Of a stretch of 64,000 bases of DNA, positions 10,298 to 20,361 are shown in pieces. The notes beneath the pieces are model-generated. The model was not told where the DNA came from and ran no database searches. It saw nothing but the letters and a program-made list of their open reading frames with translations. Numbering within the stretch: the stretch's first letter is position 1; each line of letters starts with the position of its first letter. This DNA comes from Lachnospiraceae bacterium (GTDB lineage Bacteria; Bacillota; Clostridia; Lachnospirales; Lachnospiraceae). The stretch spans positions 1,105-65,104 of the forward strand of contig JAZNLG010000140.1 in the NCBI GenBank assembly GCA_045578965.1, in the 5' to 3' direction. A program made the position numbers and the translations under genes.

Positions 10298-10949
10298 TCC
10301 CGTTCTCCTCATTTTTCACACTTATGGTCACACCATCCCCCACCGTAAGTACGGTACTGTCTAACTGGGGATGATTTTTAATCTCATACAAAAACTGCCG
10401 CATTCTGCTGTGTATGGTACGGTTTCTTCGTGTCACCGCGAACCGGGATTCACACACATCTCCATCCTGCAACACATTGTCGCAAACCAGCATGCCCCGA
10501 TTGGACAAAAGCCGCAGCAAATCCGGCAGATAACTTAAATACTGTGCCTTGGCCGCATCCATAAAAATGAAATCGTAAGACCCTTCTAACCCGGCTATGA
10601 TTTCTGCTGCATCCCCTTCCAAAAGGGTAATCCGCTCCGTCATTCCCGCTCTTTTGAAGTTTTCTCTTGCAATGGGGATACGCTTCTCATACTTCTCGAT
10701 GGTGGTTATGGTACATTCAGAAGAGGTATTTTCTCCCATAAGGATTGCCGAAAACCCTACTGCTGTGCCAATTTCCAGAATTTTTTGAGGTCTTTGTAAA
10801 CGCAATAAGAAACGAAGAAGATTCTGCATATCCTTACGGATAATCGGAACAAAATCTCGCTTCGCTTCCTGCTCTAATTCTTCTAAAAATATGGAGTTTC
10901 CTTTATCAAGTGAATTGATAAAGGTTATCATTCTCTCATCCACAATCAT
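10290..10949 (-). CDS. O-methyltransferase (TrmR/YrrM-like)
   Basis: ILEIGTAVGFSA SAM motif, FMDAAKAQY, DNVL, VGDG. Confidence 0.85.
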   Translation of the reverse strand: MIVDERMITFINSLDKGNSIFLEELEQEAKRDFVPIIRKDMQNLLRFLLRLQRPQKILEIGTAVGFSAILMGENTSSECTITTIEKYEKRIPIARENFKRAGMTERITLLEGDAAEIIAGLEGSYDFIFMDAAKAQYLSYLPDLLRLLSNRGMLVCDNVLQDGDVCESRFAVTRRNRTIHSRMRQFLYEIKNHPQLDSTVLTVGDGVTISVKNEENGNA

Positions 10950-10958
10950 CGGTGGTAC

Positions 10959-11342
10959 CTACTCTTCCTCTAACTCATCATCCGTCTGCCCGGCCATAAC
11001 CGCCATCATCTCATATGGGGTCATTCCCGTATTTAATTCATATACACCGGGTAATAATTCATCATGATATTCCGAAAAGAGTTCCTGAAACACGAAAAGA
11101 TTGGCATCCCGAATCAATCCCTTCTCTTCCAGTATTCTTCCGATGTCTTTCGGCGTCTTTCCCTCTACAATCGCAACAGAAACCGTTCTGGCTCCTACAG
11201 TATCCATGGGCTCGTCCGCAAAAATGCGATATCCCATATCATACGCCGTAAAACTGAGCTTATATACCAGCAAAACCAGTACAACCACCGCTCCTATTTT
11301 AAGAAGGGTTGTACCCACGGATACAATCAACTTACTATTCAT
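10959..11342 (-). CDS. short MltG/YceG N-terminal-like membrane protein
   Basis: TM helix, then 'IGRILEEKGLI...LLPGVYELNTGMT'; occupies the mltG position before trmR; no catalytic domain. Confidence 0.65.
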   Translation of the reverse strand: MNSKLIVSVGTTLLKIGAVVVLVLLVYKLSFTAYDMGYRIFADEPMDTVGARTVSVAIVEGKTPKDIGRILEEKGLIRDANLFVFQELFSEYHDELLPGVYELNTGMTPYEMMAVMAGQTDDELEEE

Positions 11343-11360
11343 TATGATCCTCGTTTCCTT

Positions 11361-11687
11361 TTATTCAAAATCCACGGAATCCACCATGGATAAAAATATA
11401 TCCTGCATCATCCTGCAAAGCGCAAGCTCCGCATCCAGGAACGCCGACGCGTCCTTGTTCTGCCGCAAAGCCTCTTCCTGTTTCTCTAACGCTTCCGTTC
11501 TTTCAAATAACTCATCCGTACTGGAAAGCATCTGAAACTCATACCTTCGTTTGCGGAACGAACACAATTCTTCCCAAAGCGCCTCGTTTGCTTTCATCAC
11601 TTTCTTAGCGCGGTCATATTCACGATAAGCGGCGGTCTCGCACAAAACCTTTCGGAAGACCTCCGTAGCTTTGGACACATCTAACAT
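11361..11687 (-). CDS. YlbF/YmcA family regulator
   Basis: 108-aa helical protein, 'AFLDAELALCRMMQDI'; position after rnj. Confidence 0.7.
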   Translation of the reverse strand: MLDVSKATEVFRKVLCETAAYREYDRAKKVMKANEALWEELCSFRKRRYEFQMLSSTDELFERTEALEKQEEALRQNKDASAFLDAELALCRMMQDIFLSMVDSVDFE

Positions 11688-11704
11688 TTGTCTATTCCTT
11701 TCGA

Positions 11705-13387
11705 TTATCCTTCAATCAAAATCGGAAGAATCATGGGACGGCGTTTCATCTTTTTCCAAAGATACTCGCTCAACTCATCCCTCATCATATTCTTCATTCT
11801 TCCCCAATCACTGATTCCCTTATCCAGACAGTTCTCAATCACATCAAGCGCAATGCCCTGGGCCTCATCCAGCAAATCCTCATTATCTCTTGCATATACG
11901 AAACCGCGGGAAATAATATCAGGTCCGTTAATCAGCATATTGTTTCTTGAATCCAGTACCGCAACCACAACCACAATACCGTCTTCTCCGAGACGCTGTC
12001 TGTCGCGAAGTACCACATTTCCCACATCACCGACACCAAGTCCGTCTACCAGAATGGCGCCTACAGGAACATTCCCTACAATCTTCGCTTCCTCTTCGCT
12101 TAATTCAAGGATATTTCCTGACGCAAGAATAAAGATATTCTCCTTATCCACACCAATATCAGCAGCCAGCTTGGCATGTGCCTTTAAGTGCTTGAATTCA
12201 CCATGAACCGGCACCGCGTACTGCGGCTGTGTAAGGGTATAAATCAACTTGATTTCTTCCTGACAGGCGTGGCCGGATACATGCGCATCCTGGAAAATAA
12301 CGTCCGCGCCCTTATGGAACAATTCATTAATCACCTTCGTAACGGCCTTCTCGTTTCCGGGAATGGGATTGGAAGAAAAGATTACGGTATCATTGCAGCC
12401 AATCTTAACTTTCTTGTGTTGCCCCATGGCCATACGGCTCAATGCCGCCATGCTCTCACCCTGACTTCCGGTGGTAATAATAACCGTCTTCTCCTCCGGA
12501 TAATCCTTCAGGGTTTCGATATCAATCAATGTATTATCGGGAACATTAAGTCTTCCCAGATTGGTGGCGGTCTCAATAATATTCACCATACTGCGACCTT
12601 CCACCACTACTTTACGTCCAAACCGGTCTGCCGCATTGATAATCTGCTGCACACGGTCTACATTGGAAGCAAACGTAGCTACAATAATTCTTGTATTTTT
12701 ATGTTCCGTGAAAATGGTATCAAAGGTCTTTCCCACCGTACGTTCAGACTGGGTAAAACCTGCACGCTCCGCGTTGGTGGAGTCACATAAAAGAGCCAGG
12801 ACACCTCTTTTCCCAAGTTCGGCAAAACGCTGCAAATCAATGGCATCACCAAATACGGGTGTATAGTCCACTTTAAAATCACCGGTGTGAATGATTACAC
12901 CCGCAGGAGAATAAATCGCAAGGGCTGCCGCATCCACAATACTGTGATTTGTCTTAATAAACTCAATGCCGAAATCACCGATGGTTACCAGGTCACCAAA
13001 CTGTACCGTATGTCTTGTAACCACATCCTCCATCTGGTGTTCTTTTAGCTTATGTTCAATAATTCCCATGGTAAGCGTGGTGGCAAACACGGGTACATTA
13101 ATCTCTTTCAACACATAAGGAAGGGCGCCGATATGATCCTCATGTCCGTGGGTAATCATAAACGCCTTCACGCGGTCCTTATTTGCCACCAGATAAGAAA
13201 CATCCGGGATTACCAAATCGATTCCCAGCATGTCATCCGCAGGGAAGCTCAAACCGCAATCCACAACAACAATGCTCTCCCCATATTCAAAGGCGGTAAT
13301 GTTCATTCCGATTTGTTCTAATCCGCCTAAGGGAATCACACGCACCTTTTTGACGGTGCTCTCTATATTATTTCTGTCATTCTTCAA
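11705..13387 (-). CDS. rnj: ribonuclease J
   Basis: PLGGLEQIGMN, THGHEDHIG, HTGDFK, GSQGE, HVSGHA, PVHGE; probable TTG start at 13387. Confidence 0.95.
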   Translation of the reverse strand: MKNDRNNIESTVKKVRVIPLGGLEQIGMNITAFEYGESIVVVDCGLSFPADDMLGIDLVIPDVSYLVANKDRVKAFMITHGHEDHIGALPYVLKEINVPVFATTLTMGIIEHKLKEHQMEDVVTRHTVQFGDLVTIGDFGIEFIKTNHSIVDAAALAIYSPAGVIIHTGDFKVDYTPVFGDAIDLQRFAELGKRGVLALLCDSTNAERAGFTQSERTVGKTFDTIFTEHKNTRIIVATFASNVDRVQQIINAADRFGRKVVVEGRSMVNIIETATNLGRLNVPDNTLIDIETLKDYPEEKTVIITTGSQGESMAALSRMAMGQHKKVKIGCNDTVIFSSNPIPGNEKAVTKVINELFHKGADVIFQDAHVSGHACQEEIKLIYTLTQPQYAVPVHGEFKHLKAHAKLAADIGVDKENIFILASGNILELSEEEAKIVGNVPVGAILVDGLGVGDVGNVVLRDRQRLGEDGIVVVVAVLDSRNNMLINGPDIISRGFVYARDNEDLLDEAQGIALDVIENCLDKGISDWGRMKNMMRDELSEYLWKKMKRRPMILPILIEG

Positions 13388-13473
13388 ATTACTAACCTCT
13401 TTCTGCAGCCTGTCGAAAGGCTGTCTTTTTTCGCTTTTCATAAATACTCGCCGGACAGTTATTTCCGGCCTCT

Positions 13474-13740
13474 CTATTCGAAGGAAACATCATCCAACAG
13501 ACTTTCAAAAATGTCTGCCACTGCCTTCAGTTCTTTATCGTCCTCTACAATCACATAGTCGGCCTCTTCGTCTCCGACATTGGAAAGGTCCTTAAGAATC
13601 AATGCATCGGAGTCACCCTCTTCTTCCTCTGTTACCAAAATATAATTTACACCGCCGACTGTCGTCTGTTCCAATACATAGAACTCCACAGGTTCCTCGC
13701 CTACTGCCTGAAATTTAATCTTTTCCATCTGATTCTCCAT
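13474..13740 (-). CDS. DUF1292 family acidic protein
   Basis: 'EFYVLEQT..GVNYILVT..DALILK'; typical position after ruvX. Confidence 0.75.
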   Translation of the reverse strand: MENQMEKIKFQAVGEEPVEFYVLEQTTVGGVNYILVTEEEEGDSDALILKDLSNVGDEEADYVIVEDDKELKAVADIFESLLDDVSFE

Positions 13741-13763
13741 CCTTACTACGTATACGATTCCTT

Positions 13764-14183
13764 CTATTTATGGTATTCCATATAGCCCTGTAAAATTAAT
13801 GTGGCCGCAATTTTATCCACGTGTTTCTTATGCTCCTTGCCCGCAAGGCCCATTTCAGACATAATCTCATGGGCTTCCACTGTAGTGAGTCTTTCGTCCC
13901 ACAAGTCCACCGGCAAACCGGTCCTGCGCTCAAGCATCTCCTTGAATGCTTCCGTCTTCTGTACTCTCGGTCCCTGCGTATCATTCATGTTTTTGGGAAA
14001 CCCAAGCACAATGCGCTCCACTTCATACTCCTGAATCAACGCTTCAATTCGTGCCAGCGTCTGGCGCAATTTATCCTCCCGCTCACGACGGATAATCTCC
14101 ACTCCGGTAGCAATGACACCCAGTGGATCGCTCACTGCAACGCCAACCGTCTTGGAGCCGAAATCCAATCCCATGATTCGCAT
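13764..14183 (-). CDS. ruvX: RuvX/YqgF pre-16S rRNA nuclease
   Basis: [34 protein letters not shown]. Confidence 0.93.
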   Translation of the reverse strand: MRIMGLDFGSKTVGVAVSDPLGVIATGVEIIRREREDKLRQTLARIEALIQEYEVERIVLGFPKNMNDTQGPRVQKTEAFKEMLERRTGLPVDLWDERLTTVEAHEIMSEMGLAGKEHKKHVDKIAATLILQGYMEYHK

Positions 14184-14193
14184 GGTCTTCCTC

Positions 14194-14460
14194 CTAGTTC
14201 CAGTTATTCGCTCTTATATATTCGGTGAACATCTCCTCCACCAGTTCGTCACGCTCAACCTTCATAATCATGCTTCTGGCATTATTATGGTTGGTAATAT
14301 AGGTGGGATCTCCGGACATAATATATCCTACAATCTGGTTCTCCGGATTATAACCTTTCTCCCTAAGTGCTTCATAAACAGTCTTAATTACATTTTTGAC
14401 CCGGTCATTCGGTTCCGGCTCAACGGAAAAAAATTGAGTATTGTCCATATCCATAGTCAT
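14194..14460 (-). CDS. ireB: IreB/UPF0297 regulatory phosphoprotein
   Basis: [29 protein letters not shown]. Confidence 0.92.
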   Translation of the reverse strand: MTMDMDNTQFFSVEPEPNDRVKNVIKTVYEALREKGYNPENQIVGYIMSGDPTYITNHNNARSMIMKVERDELVEEMFTEYIRANNWN

Positions 14461-14518
14461 TCACACCCTTTTAATCACTCTTATCAATGTCTTATGTAAC
14501 TTTTGTTATCCTATTATT

Positions 14519-15940
14519 TTACCCCAATTCAGGCAAAAAAACAAGTGTTCCCTTGCATATATCCGATGTCAAAAGTCCCTCTATCGAAACATCCAAAATC
14601 TGATTCTCCAAATCCCCTGATGCGGATACGGCTACCATCACATAGGTCCGCGTATGCCCTACCCAGTACTGCGCACCGGCGATTTCTTTCTTTTCCTCAA
14701 AAAGCACCGGCATCACCTTACCGATGCAGGCTCTGCGGTATGCTTCAGACAACTCTGCTTCCAGCAAAAGAAGCTCGTTGCTGCGTGCGGTTTTCACCTC
14801 TTCGGGAATCTGCCCCTCCATGGTATCCGCCTTGGTTCCTTTTCTCCGGGAATATTTAAAAATATGCATTTCAAAAAAGGAAACCTTCTCCAAAAATGCC
14901 TTGGTCTGCGCAAACTCTTCCTGCGTCTCTCCGGGGAAGCCCACAATTACATCAGTGGTAATGGCTGCCCCCGGGAAATATTTACGCAACAGCTCTGTTC
15001 TTTCATAGTATTCCCCGGAAGTATATCTTCTATTCATTCTTTTTAAGGTATCATCACATCCGCTCTGCAGGGAAATGTGGAAATGAGGGCATAACCCTCT
15101 GATTCGGGCAAGTTCTTTTACGAACTCCTCTGTCAAAATCATGGGTTCGAAGGAGCCGATACGGATTCTTTCCACGCCGGGAATTTCTGCAATCCTGCGA
15201 AGCAGGGACAAAAGTGCCTCTCCGGGATTGTGTTCCGCAAAATCCAGTCCGTAGGAGCTGATATGGATACCGGTTAACACAAATTCCTTGTAACCGTTTT
15301 GGCAAAGACTTTCTATCTCTGTCAGGACATTTTCCGGCTTACGGCTGCGCACACCTCCTCTGGTGTAGGGAATGATGCAATAACTGCAGAAACGGTTACA
15401 GCCATCCTGTATTTTAATATATGCCCTGGTATGTTCTGCCGTATGTTCTACTCCGGCATCCTCAAAGTCCGCCTTTCTAAGATCAATTACGGTAGTGTTC
15501 CCTAATGTCTTATAAAGGTATCCCTCATTGTCTGCCGAAATCCCGTCCTCCGTATCATTTTCGTAGGGCCGTTCCCCTCTCTTAACCGCCTCACGTACTG
15601 CCTCAAACTCCTCTAAAATCTCCACGATGTCTGCCTTCCGGTTATTTCCGACCAGCAAATCAATGGCCTCATCCTTTGCTGCGTTGTATGCATCCGCCTG
15701 TACAAAACAGCCCACCGCCACCACGACGGCATCAGGGTTATTTTTGCGGGCTTTATGAATCATCTGACGGCTTTTCCGGTCCGCCATATTGGTTACAGAA
15801 CATGTATTTATCACGTAAATGTCTGCTTTTTGGTCAAATTGTACAATTTCATATCCGTTTATTTGTAACAATTGTTGCATAACATCTACCTCGTATGAAT
15901 TCACTTTGCAGCCAAGATTATGTAATGCTATAGTTTTCAT
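14519..15940 (-). CDS. mtaB: tRNA t6A37 methylthiotransferase
   Basis: LGCKVNSYE, INTCSVT, radical SAM CNRFCSYC, YSRRKGT, TRAM C-terminus; ATG 15940 after GGAG. Confidence 0.92.
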   Translation of the reverse strand: MKTIALHNLGCKVNSYEVDVMQQLLQINGYEIVQFDQKADIYVINTCSVTNMADRKSRQMIHKARKNNPDAVVVAVGCFVQADAYNAAKDEAIDLLVGNNRKADIVEILEEFEAVREAVKRGERPYENDTEDGISADNEGYLYKTLGNTTVIDLRKADFEDAGVEHTAEHTRAYIKIQDGCNRFCSYCIIPYTRGGVRSRKPENVLTEIESLCQNGYKEFVLTGIHISSYGLDFAEHNPGEALLSLLRRIAEIPGVERIRIGSFEPMILTEEFVKELARIRGLCPHFHISLQSGCDDTLKRMNRRYTSGEYYERTELLRKYFPGAAITTDVIVGFPGETQEEFAQTKAFLEKVSFFEMHIFKYSRRKGTKADTMEGQIPEEVKTARSNELLLLEAELSEAYRRACIGKVMPVLFEEKKEIAGAQYWVGHTRTYVMVAVSASGDLENQILDVSIEGLLTSDICKGTLVFLPELG

Positions 15941-15973
15941 GGAAATCTCCTTTTTTTTTGGCACGTTTGGCAA

Positions 15974-16002
15974 TTGACTTTTGCCTAAATATAAACTACT
16001 AT
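15974..16002 (+). promoter_or_regulatory. sigmaA-like promoter for HPr-like gene
   Basis: TTGACT-17 nt-TACTAT. Confidence 0.5.
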
Positions 16003-16073
16003 AAAAACTGAAGTTTGGAAAGCCCAACTTCAAAGGAAAAAAGAAGGTATGTATTTTAAAGGAGGAAAGATTT

Positions 16074-16304
16074 ATGAAGACAGTATCTATTTCTTTAAAC
16101 TCAATTGACAAGGTTAAGTCCTTCGTGAACGTAATCACAAAGTTTGACTATGACTTTGATTTGGTTTCCGGCAGATATGTTATCGATGCGAAATCCATCA
16201 TGGGTATTTTCAGTTTAGATTTATCTAAGCCCATCGACTTAAACATTCATGCAGAAGACGGTGCAGAAGACATTCTCACTGTATTGGCTCCTTACATCGT
16301 ATAA
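16074..16304 (+). CDS. HPr-family protein lacking the His15 motif
   Basis: DAKSIMGIFSL (Ser46 motif) present; no GLHARP; strong AGGAGG SD. Confidence 0.88.
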   Translation: MKTVSISLNSIDKVKSFVNVITKFDYDFDLVSGRYVIDAKSIMGIFSLDLSKPIDLNIHAEDGAEDILTVLAPYIV

Positions 16305-16325
16305 GAGTCAACCGGGATTGGGTTT

Positions 16326-16353
16326 AAAGCAAGACAGAGGTCTTGCTTTTTTT
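16326..16353 (+). terminator. intrinsic terminator between convergent HPr-like gene and copA
   Basis: AAAGCAAGAC-agag-GTCTTGCTTT followed by T tract. Confidence 0.75.
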
Positions 16354-16400
16354 CTTGCCCCAAACCCTATTTTCGGCTTTATTTTTCCTTACACCGCGCC

Positions 16401-18947
16401 CTACTTTACGGTATATCCCTGTTCTTCCACGGTTTTTTTAAGCACTTCATCAGAAATCTCTTCTGACATCTTCACAATGGCGCTTCCTTCCGTATGACTT
16501 ACAATTGCTTCCGTCACACCGGAGAGTTCTTCTAAGCACTTCTTTACTCTTGCCTCACAGTGCGGGCACATCATTCCTTCAATCATCATTTTCTTTTCCA
16601 TGGTAATAATCTCCTTTTCTTTTATTTCTTTGTCTTGCTTTGTTTCATCTTCTTTCCTTTTTTCACCTGCACGCCCTTTTCTTCTCCACATCAGATTCAA
16701 ACGCAACGCATTACTCACCACACAAAAACTGGACAAACTCATGGCTGCGGCACCGAACATGGGATTTAACTCCCACCCGAAAATCGGATACCAAAGCCCA
16801 GCCGCCAAGGGGATTCCCACAACATTATAAAAGAAAGCCCAGAAGAGATTCTGCTTGATATTGCGAAAGGTTGCCCTGCTCAAACGAACAGCTTCTGCCA
16901 CATCAGAAAGTCGGCTGTTCATCAGGACCACGTCTGCCGCATCAATGGCAATATCCGTTCCGGCGCCGATGGCAATCCCGATGTTGGCTCTCGTCAGGGC
17001 AGGGGCATCGTTGATGCCGTCCCCCACCATGGCTACCTGTCCGCTTTTCATCAAATCCGAAATTACTCCATCCTTCCCTTCCGGCAGAAGGCCGGCAAAC
17101 ACTTCATCCACCCCTGCCTCTTTTCCGATGGCATTGGCAGTCACTTCATTGTCACCGGTCAGCATCACTACCCGAATACCCATCTTTCGCAAGGTATCAA
17201 TGGCCTCACGACTGTCGTCTTTCATCCGGTCCGAAACTGCGATAATTCCTTCTACATTACCATCCTTGGCAAAAAAGAGCGGCGTCTGTCCTTTTAGGGA
17301 CAATTCCTCTGCCTGCTTTTGTATCTCTTCGGAAATTGCTCCCGGATTTGATTTTATCATGAAATCCATATTTCCGCCTGTTAAAAGCACTCCCGTTTCC
17401 TTCTCTCTGCACTCCAGTCCGTTTCCGGGATAAATTCTGAAATCAACGATTTCTGCGGGACTTAACCCGGTTTTTTCAGCCTCTTGTAAGACAGCCTTCG
17501 CCAGAGGATGTTCGCTGTTTTTCTCCAAAGAAACTGCCAGTTGCAGAAGCTCCTCTTTTGTCCCGCTGACGGGGTAAATTCCTGTTACTTTGGGATTTCC
17601 TTCCGTGATGGTACCGGTTTTATCCAGCGCAACAATGGCTGTTTTTCCGGTCTGTTCCAAAGAGGTCGCCGTTTTGAAAAGGATTCCTTTGCGGGTTCCC
17701 ACACCGGTTCCCACCATAATGGCCACCGGCGTAGCAAGTCCCAACGCACAGGGACAACTGATTACCAAAACGCAAATGGCTCTTGCAATGGCAAAACCGA
17801 AAGACTCTCCCAAAAGAAGCCAGACTGCCAGCGTTACGATGGCAATGCCAAGAACCACAGGCACAAATACACCGGCCACCCGGTCAGCCAGCTTGGCGAT
17901 AGGCGCCTTGGAGGCTGACGCTTCACCGACCATATGCACAATCCGGGCAAGTGTGGTATCTTCGCCAACACCGGTTGCCTCACAGGTAAGCACTCCCGAC
18001 TCATTTAAAGTTCCGGCAGAAACCTTATCCCCCGGTACTTTATCTGCCGGAATACTCTCGCCGGTAAGCGCCGATTCATTTACGGCACTCATTCCTTCCG
18101 TAACCACAGCATCCACCGGCACCTTCTCCCCGGGACGCAAAACAAACAAATCGCCTTTGCGGACCTCTTCCACGGGGCAAACCACTTCTTTACCGTCCCG
18201 CAGCAGCGTAGCCGTATCCGGCATCAGCTTCAGCAGACCTTCCAATGCGCTTGTGGTTTTCCCTTTGGCCCGGGCCTCTAACATTTTACCCACCGTAATC
18301 AGGGTAAGAATCATGGCCGCCGACTCAAAATACAATTCATGAAGATAGGACCGGGCAAGCCCGGCATCTCCCGTCATCTGCGCATCGGACATACAAAACA
18401 GAACATATACGCTATAGCCGAAAGAAGCAGCAGAGCCCATCGCCACCAGGGTGTCCATATTGGGAGCACCGTGCAATATGCCTTTCCAGCCGTTTATAAA
18501 AAACTTCTGATTTACAACCATTACCGCCACCGTCAGAAGCATCTGAATCATCCCCACAATCATGGGATTCTCTTCCATGAAGCCGGGCAGAGGCATATTC
18601 CACATGGTATGTCCCATGGAGCAATACATTAAGGGAATCAACAAGATAATCGATGCAATAAGTCTTTTGGATATACCTGCGTCAGCGCCATCCCCTGTTT
18701 TGTTTCGTTTCCCGGTTCTGCCTTCTTCTGCTATGGCAACGCCATTTGCGTCCTGTAATGTTGCACCGTAACCGGCTTTTTCTACAGCATCCATCACCGC
18801 TGCAGGTGCTACTTCTCCATCCACTTCCATGGAATTTGTCAGAAGATTTACAGCACAAAAAGAAACGCCTTCCAATTTCGAAACCGCCTTTTCTACCCGT
18901 GCACTGCATGCCGCACAGCTCATGCCTGTAACACTATACTTCTGCAT
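16401..18947 (-). CDS. copA: Cu(I)-translocating P1B-type ATPase with N- and C-terminal HMA domains
   Basis: GMSCAAC, TGES, CPCALGLATP, DKTGT, SEHPL, GDGINDAP, FFYN, MSLSS; C-terminal GMMCPHC domain. Confidence 0.93.
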   Translation of the reverse strand: MQKYSVTGMSCAACSARVEKAVSKLEGVSFCAVNLLTNSMEVDGEVAPAAVMDAVEKAGYGATLQDANGVAIAEEGRTGKRNKTGDGADAGISKRLIASIILLIPLMYCSMGHTMWNMPLPGFMEENPMIVGMIQMLLTVAVMVVNQKFFINGWKGILHGAPNMDTLVAMGSAASFGYSVYVLFCMSDAQMTGDAGLARSYLHELYFESAAMILTLITVGKMLEARAKGKTTSALEGLLKLMPDTATLLRDGKEVVCPVEEVRKGDLFVLRPGEKVPVDAVVTEGMSAVNESALTGESIPADKVPGDKVSAGTLNESGVLTCEATGVGEDTTLARIVHMVGEASASKAPIAKLADRVAGVFVPVVLGIAIVTLAVWLLLGESFGFAIARAICVLVISCPCALGLATPVAIMVGTGVGTRKGILFKTATSLEQTGKTAIVALDKTGTITEGNPKVTGIYPVSGTKEELLQLAVSLEKNSEHPLAKAVLQEAEKTGLSPAEIVDFRIYPGNGLECREKETGVLLTGGNMDFMIKSNPGAISEEIQKQAEELSLKGQTPLFFAKDGNVEGIIAVSDRMKDDSREAIDTLRKMGIRVVMLTGDNEVTANAIGKEAGVDEVFAGLLPEGKDGVISDLMKSGQVAMVGDGINDAPALTRANIGIAIGAGTDIAIDAADVVLMNSRLSDVAEAVRLSRATFRNIKQNLFWAFFYNVVGIPLAAGLWYPIFGWELNPMFGAAAMSLSSFCVVSNALRLNLMWRRKGRAGEKRKEDETKQDKEIKEKEIITMEKKMMIEGMMCPHCEARVKKCLEELSGVTEAIVSHTEGSAIVKMSEEISDEVLKKTVEEQGYTVK

Positions 18948-19039
18948 CCTAACCGCCTCCTGTTCTTCCTGTTTTTACAACAGACACACCCTTTCTTTCC
19001 CATGACACCCCATACTTCCCGGAGATGTTCCTCTGATGG

Positions 19040-19067
19040 AAAAGAGGAACGCTGCGGCGCTCCTCTT
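19040..19067 (-). terminator. intrinsic terminator after thiI
   Basis: minus strand AAGAGGAGCGCCGCAGCGTTCCTCTTTT. Confidence 0.7.
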
Positions 19068-19144
19068 CGAATCTTTTCAATGTACTGTACTCTTACTATT
19101 ATTTCAATTCACTCTCTTATTTCCAACGTAAACCAACCGGATTT

Positions 19145-20326
19145 CTAAAACTCAATATCCATAATCTCCCGCTCGGAAAGAGCTCTCTGTACCATATCAT
19201 CGATACAGTCTGCCAGGTTCTCCTCATGCTTTGCGATTACGTTGACATTGGGCTTGGTCACGGGATGTTCAGCCACGAAAATCGTACAGCAGTCTTCGAA
19301 AGGAAGAATTGACGTTTCATAAGTATTAATCTTCTCCGCAATGGTTACAATATCCTGCTTGTCAAAAGCAATCAACGGACGATACACCGGAAGGGTACAC
19401 ACTGCGTTGGTCGCGTTAAGACTCTGCATGGTCTGGGACGCTACCTGGCCGATGCTTTCGCCGGTAATCAAACCAAGACAGTTATTCTCAAGAGCAATAC
19501 TCTCCGCAATCCGCATCATGTAACGACGCATAATGATGGTCAGTTCATCGTGAGGACACTGCTCGTAAATAGCCTTCTGAATCTCCGTAAAATTAATAAC
19601 ATGAAGCTTGATGGGTCCTGTATACTTGGAAATCAAACGGGCCAGATCCACAACCTTCTGTTTTGCCCTCTCTGATGTATAGGGCGGTGCGTGGAAATAT
19701 GTTGCTTCCAGCTTCACACCACGCTTGGATACCATGTATCCGGCAACGGGAGAATCCAATCCGCCGGACAAAAGAAGCATTGCCTTACCGCCGGTTCCCA
19801 CAGGCATACCGCCGAGACCGGGTAAAATAATGGAATATACGTAAACTCGTTCTCTGATTTCTACGTTAATCAAAACTTCGGGCTTATGCACATCCACACT
19901 TATATTGGGGAAATGATTAAGAAGTGCTTCCCCGATCAGACAATTCATTTCCATGGAATTGACCGGATAATTTTTGCGGGCTCTTCTGGAATGCACCTTG
20001 AAGGTGAAAGACGGATCCCCGTACACATCCTCTACATACTTCACCACATCTTCTTTTAAAGTATCAAAGCCCAAATCCTCCAGCACCAATACGGGGCATA
20101 TGGCAGTAACACCAAATACGGAAGAAAGGGCATCGATTAATTCATCGTAATCAAATTCGCCGAGGGCCTCCACATAAATTCTTGAAAGAGACTTGTGAAC
20201 ATCAAATTCACCATCGCACTTTTTCACAGCACGTCTTACCTGCTCCACCAGTGCATCCTCGAACATGTAACGGTTTTTTCCTTTCAGGAAAATCTCACCA
20301 TATTTCAATAAAAAGGTTGAAAACAT
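19145..20326 (-). CDS. thiI: tRNA 4-thiouridine synthase
   Basis: KYGEIFLKGKNR, THUMP domain, LLSGGLDSPV PP-loop, GESIGQVASQT, EDCC. Confidence 0.95.
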   Translation of the reverse strand: MFSTFLLKYGEIFLKGKNRYMFEDALVEQVRRAVKKCDGEFDVHKSLSRIYVEALGEFDYDELIDALSSVFGVTAICPVLVLEDLGFDTLKEDVVKYVEDVYGDPSFTFKVHSRRARKNYPVNSMEMNCLIGEALLNHFPNISVDVHKPEVLINVEIRERVYVYSIILPGLGGMPVGTGGKAMLLLSGGLDSPVAGYMVSKRGVKLEATYFHAPPYTSERAKQKVVDLARLISKYTGPIKLHVINFTEIQKAIYEQCPHDELTIIMRRYMMRIAESIALENNCLGLITGESIGQVASQTMQSLNATNAVCTLPVYRPLIAFDKQDIVTIAEKINTYETSILPFEDCCTIFVAEHPVTKPNVNVIAKHEENLADCIDDMVQRALSEREIMDIEF

Positions 20327-20361
20327 AAAAAAACTACTCCTATCTGTTTCGCAAAATAAAC

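Noticed and set aside
16855-18342. long antisense ORFs over copA (192 and 250 aa), and similar shadow ORFs over rnj, glnA, the U32 gene and grpE
   Set aside because: They mirror well-supported genes on the opposite strand and show no recognisable motifs
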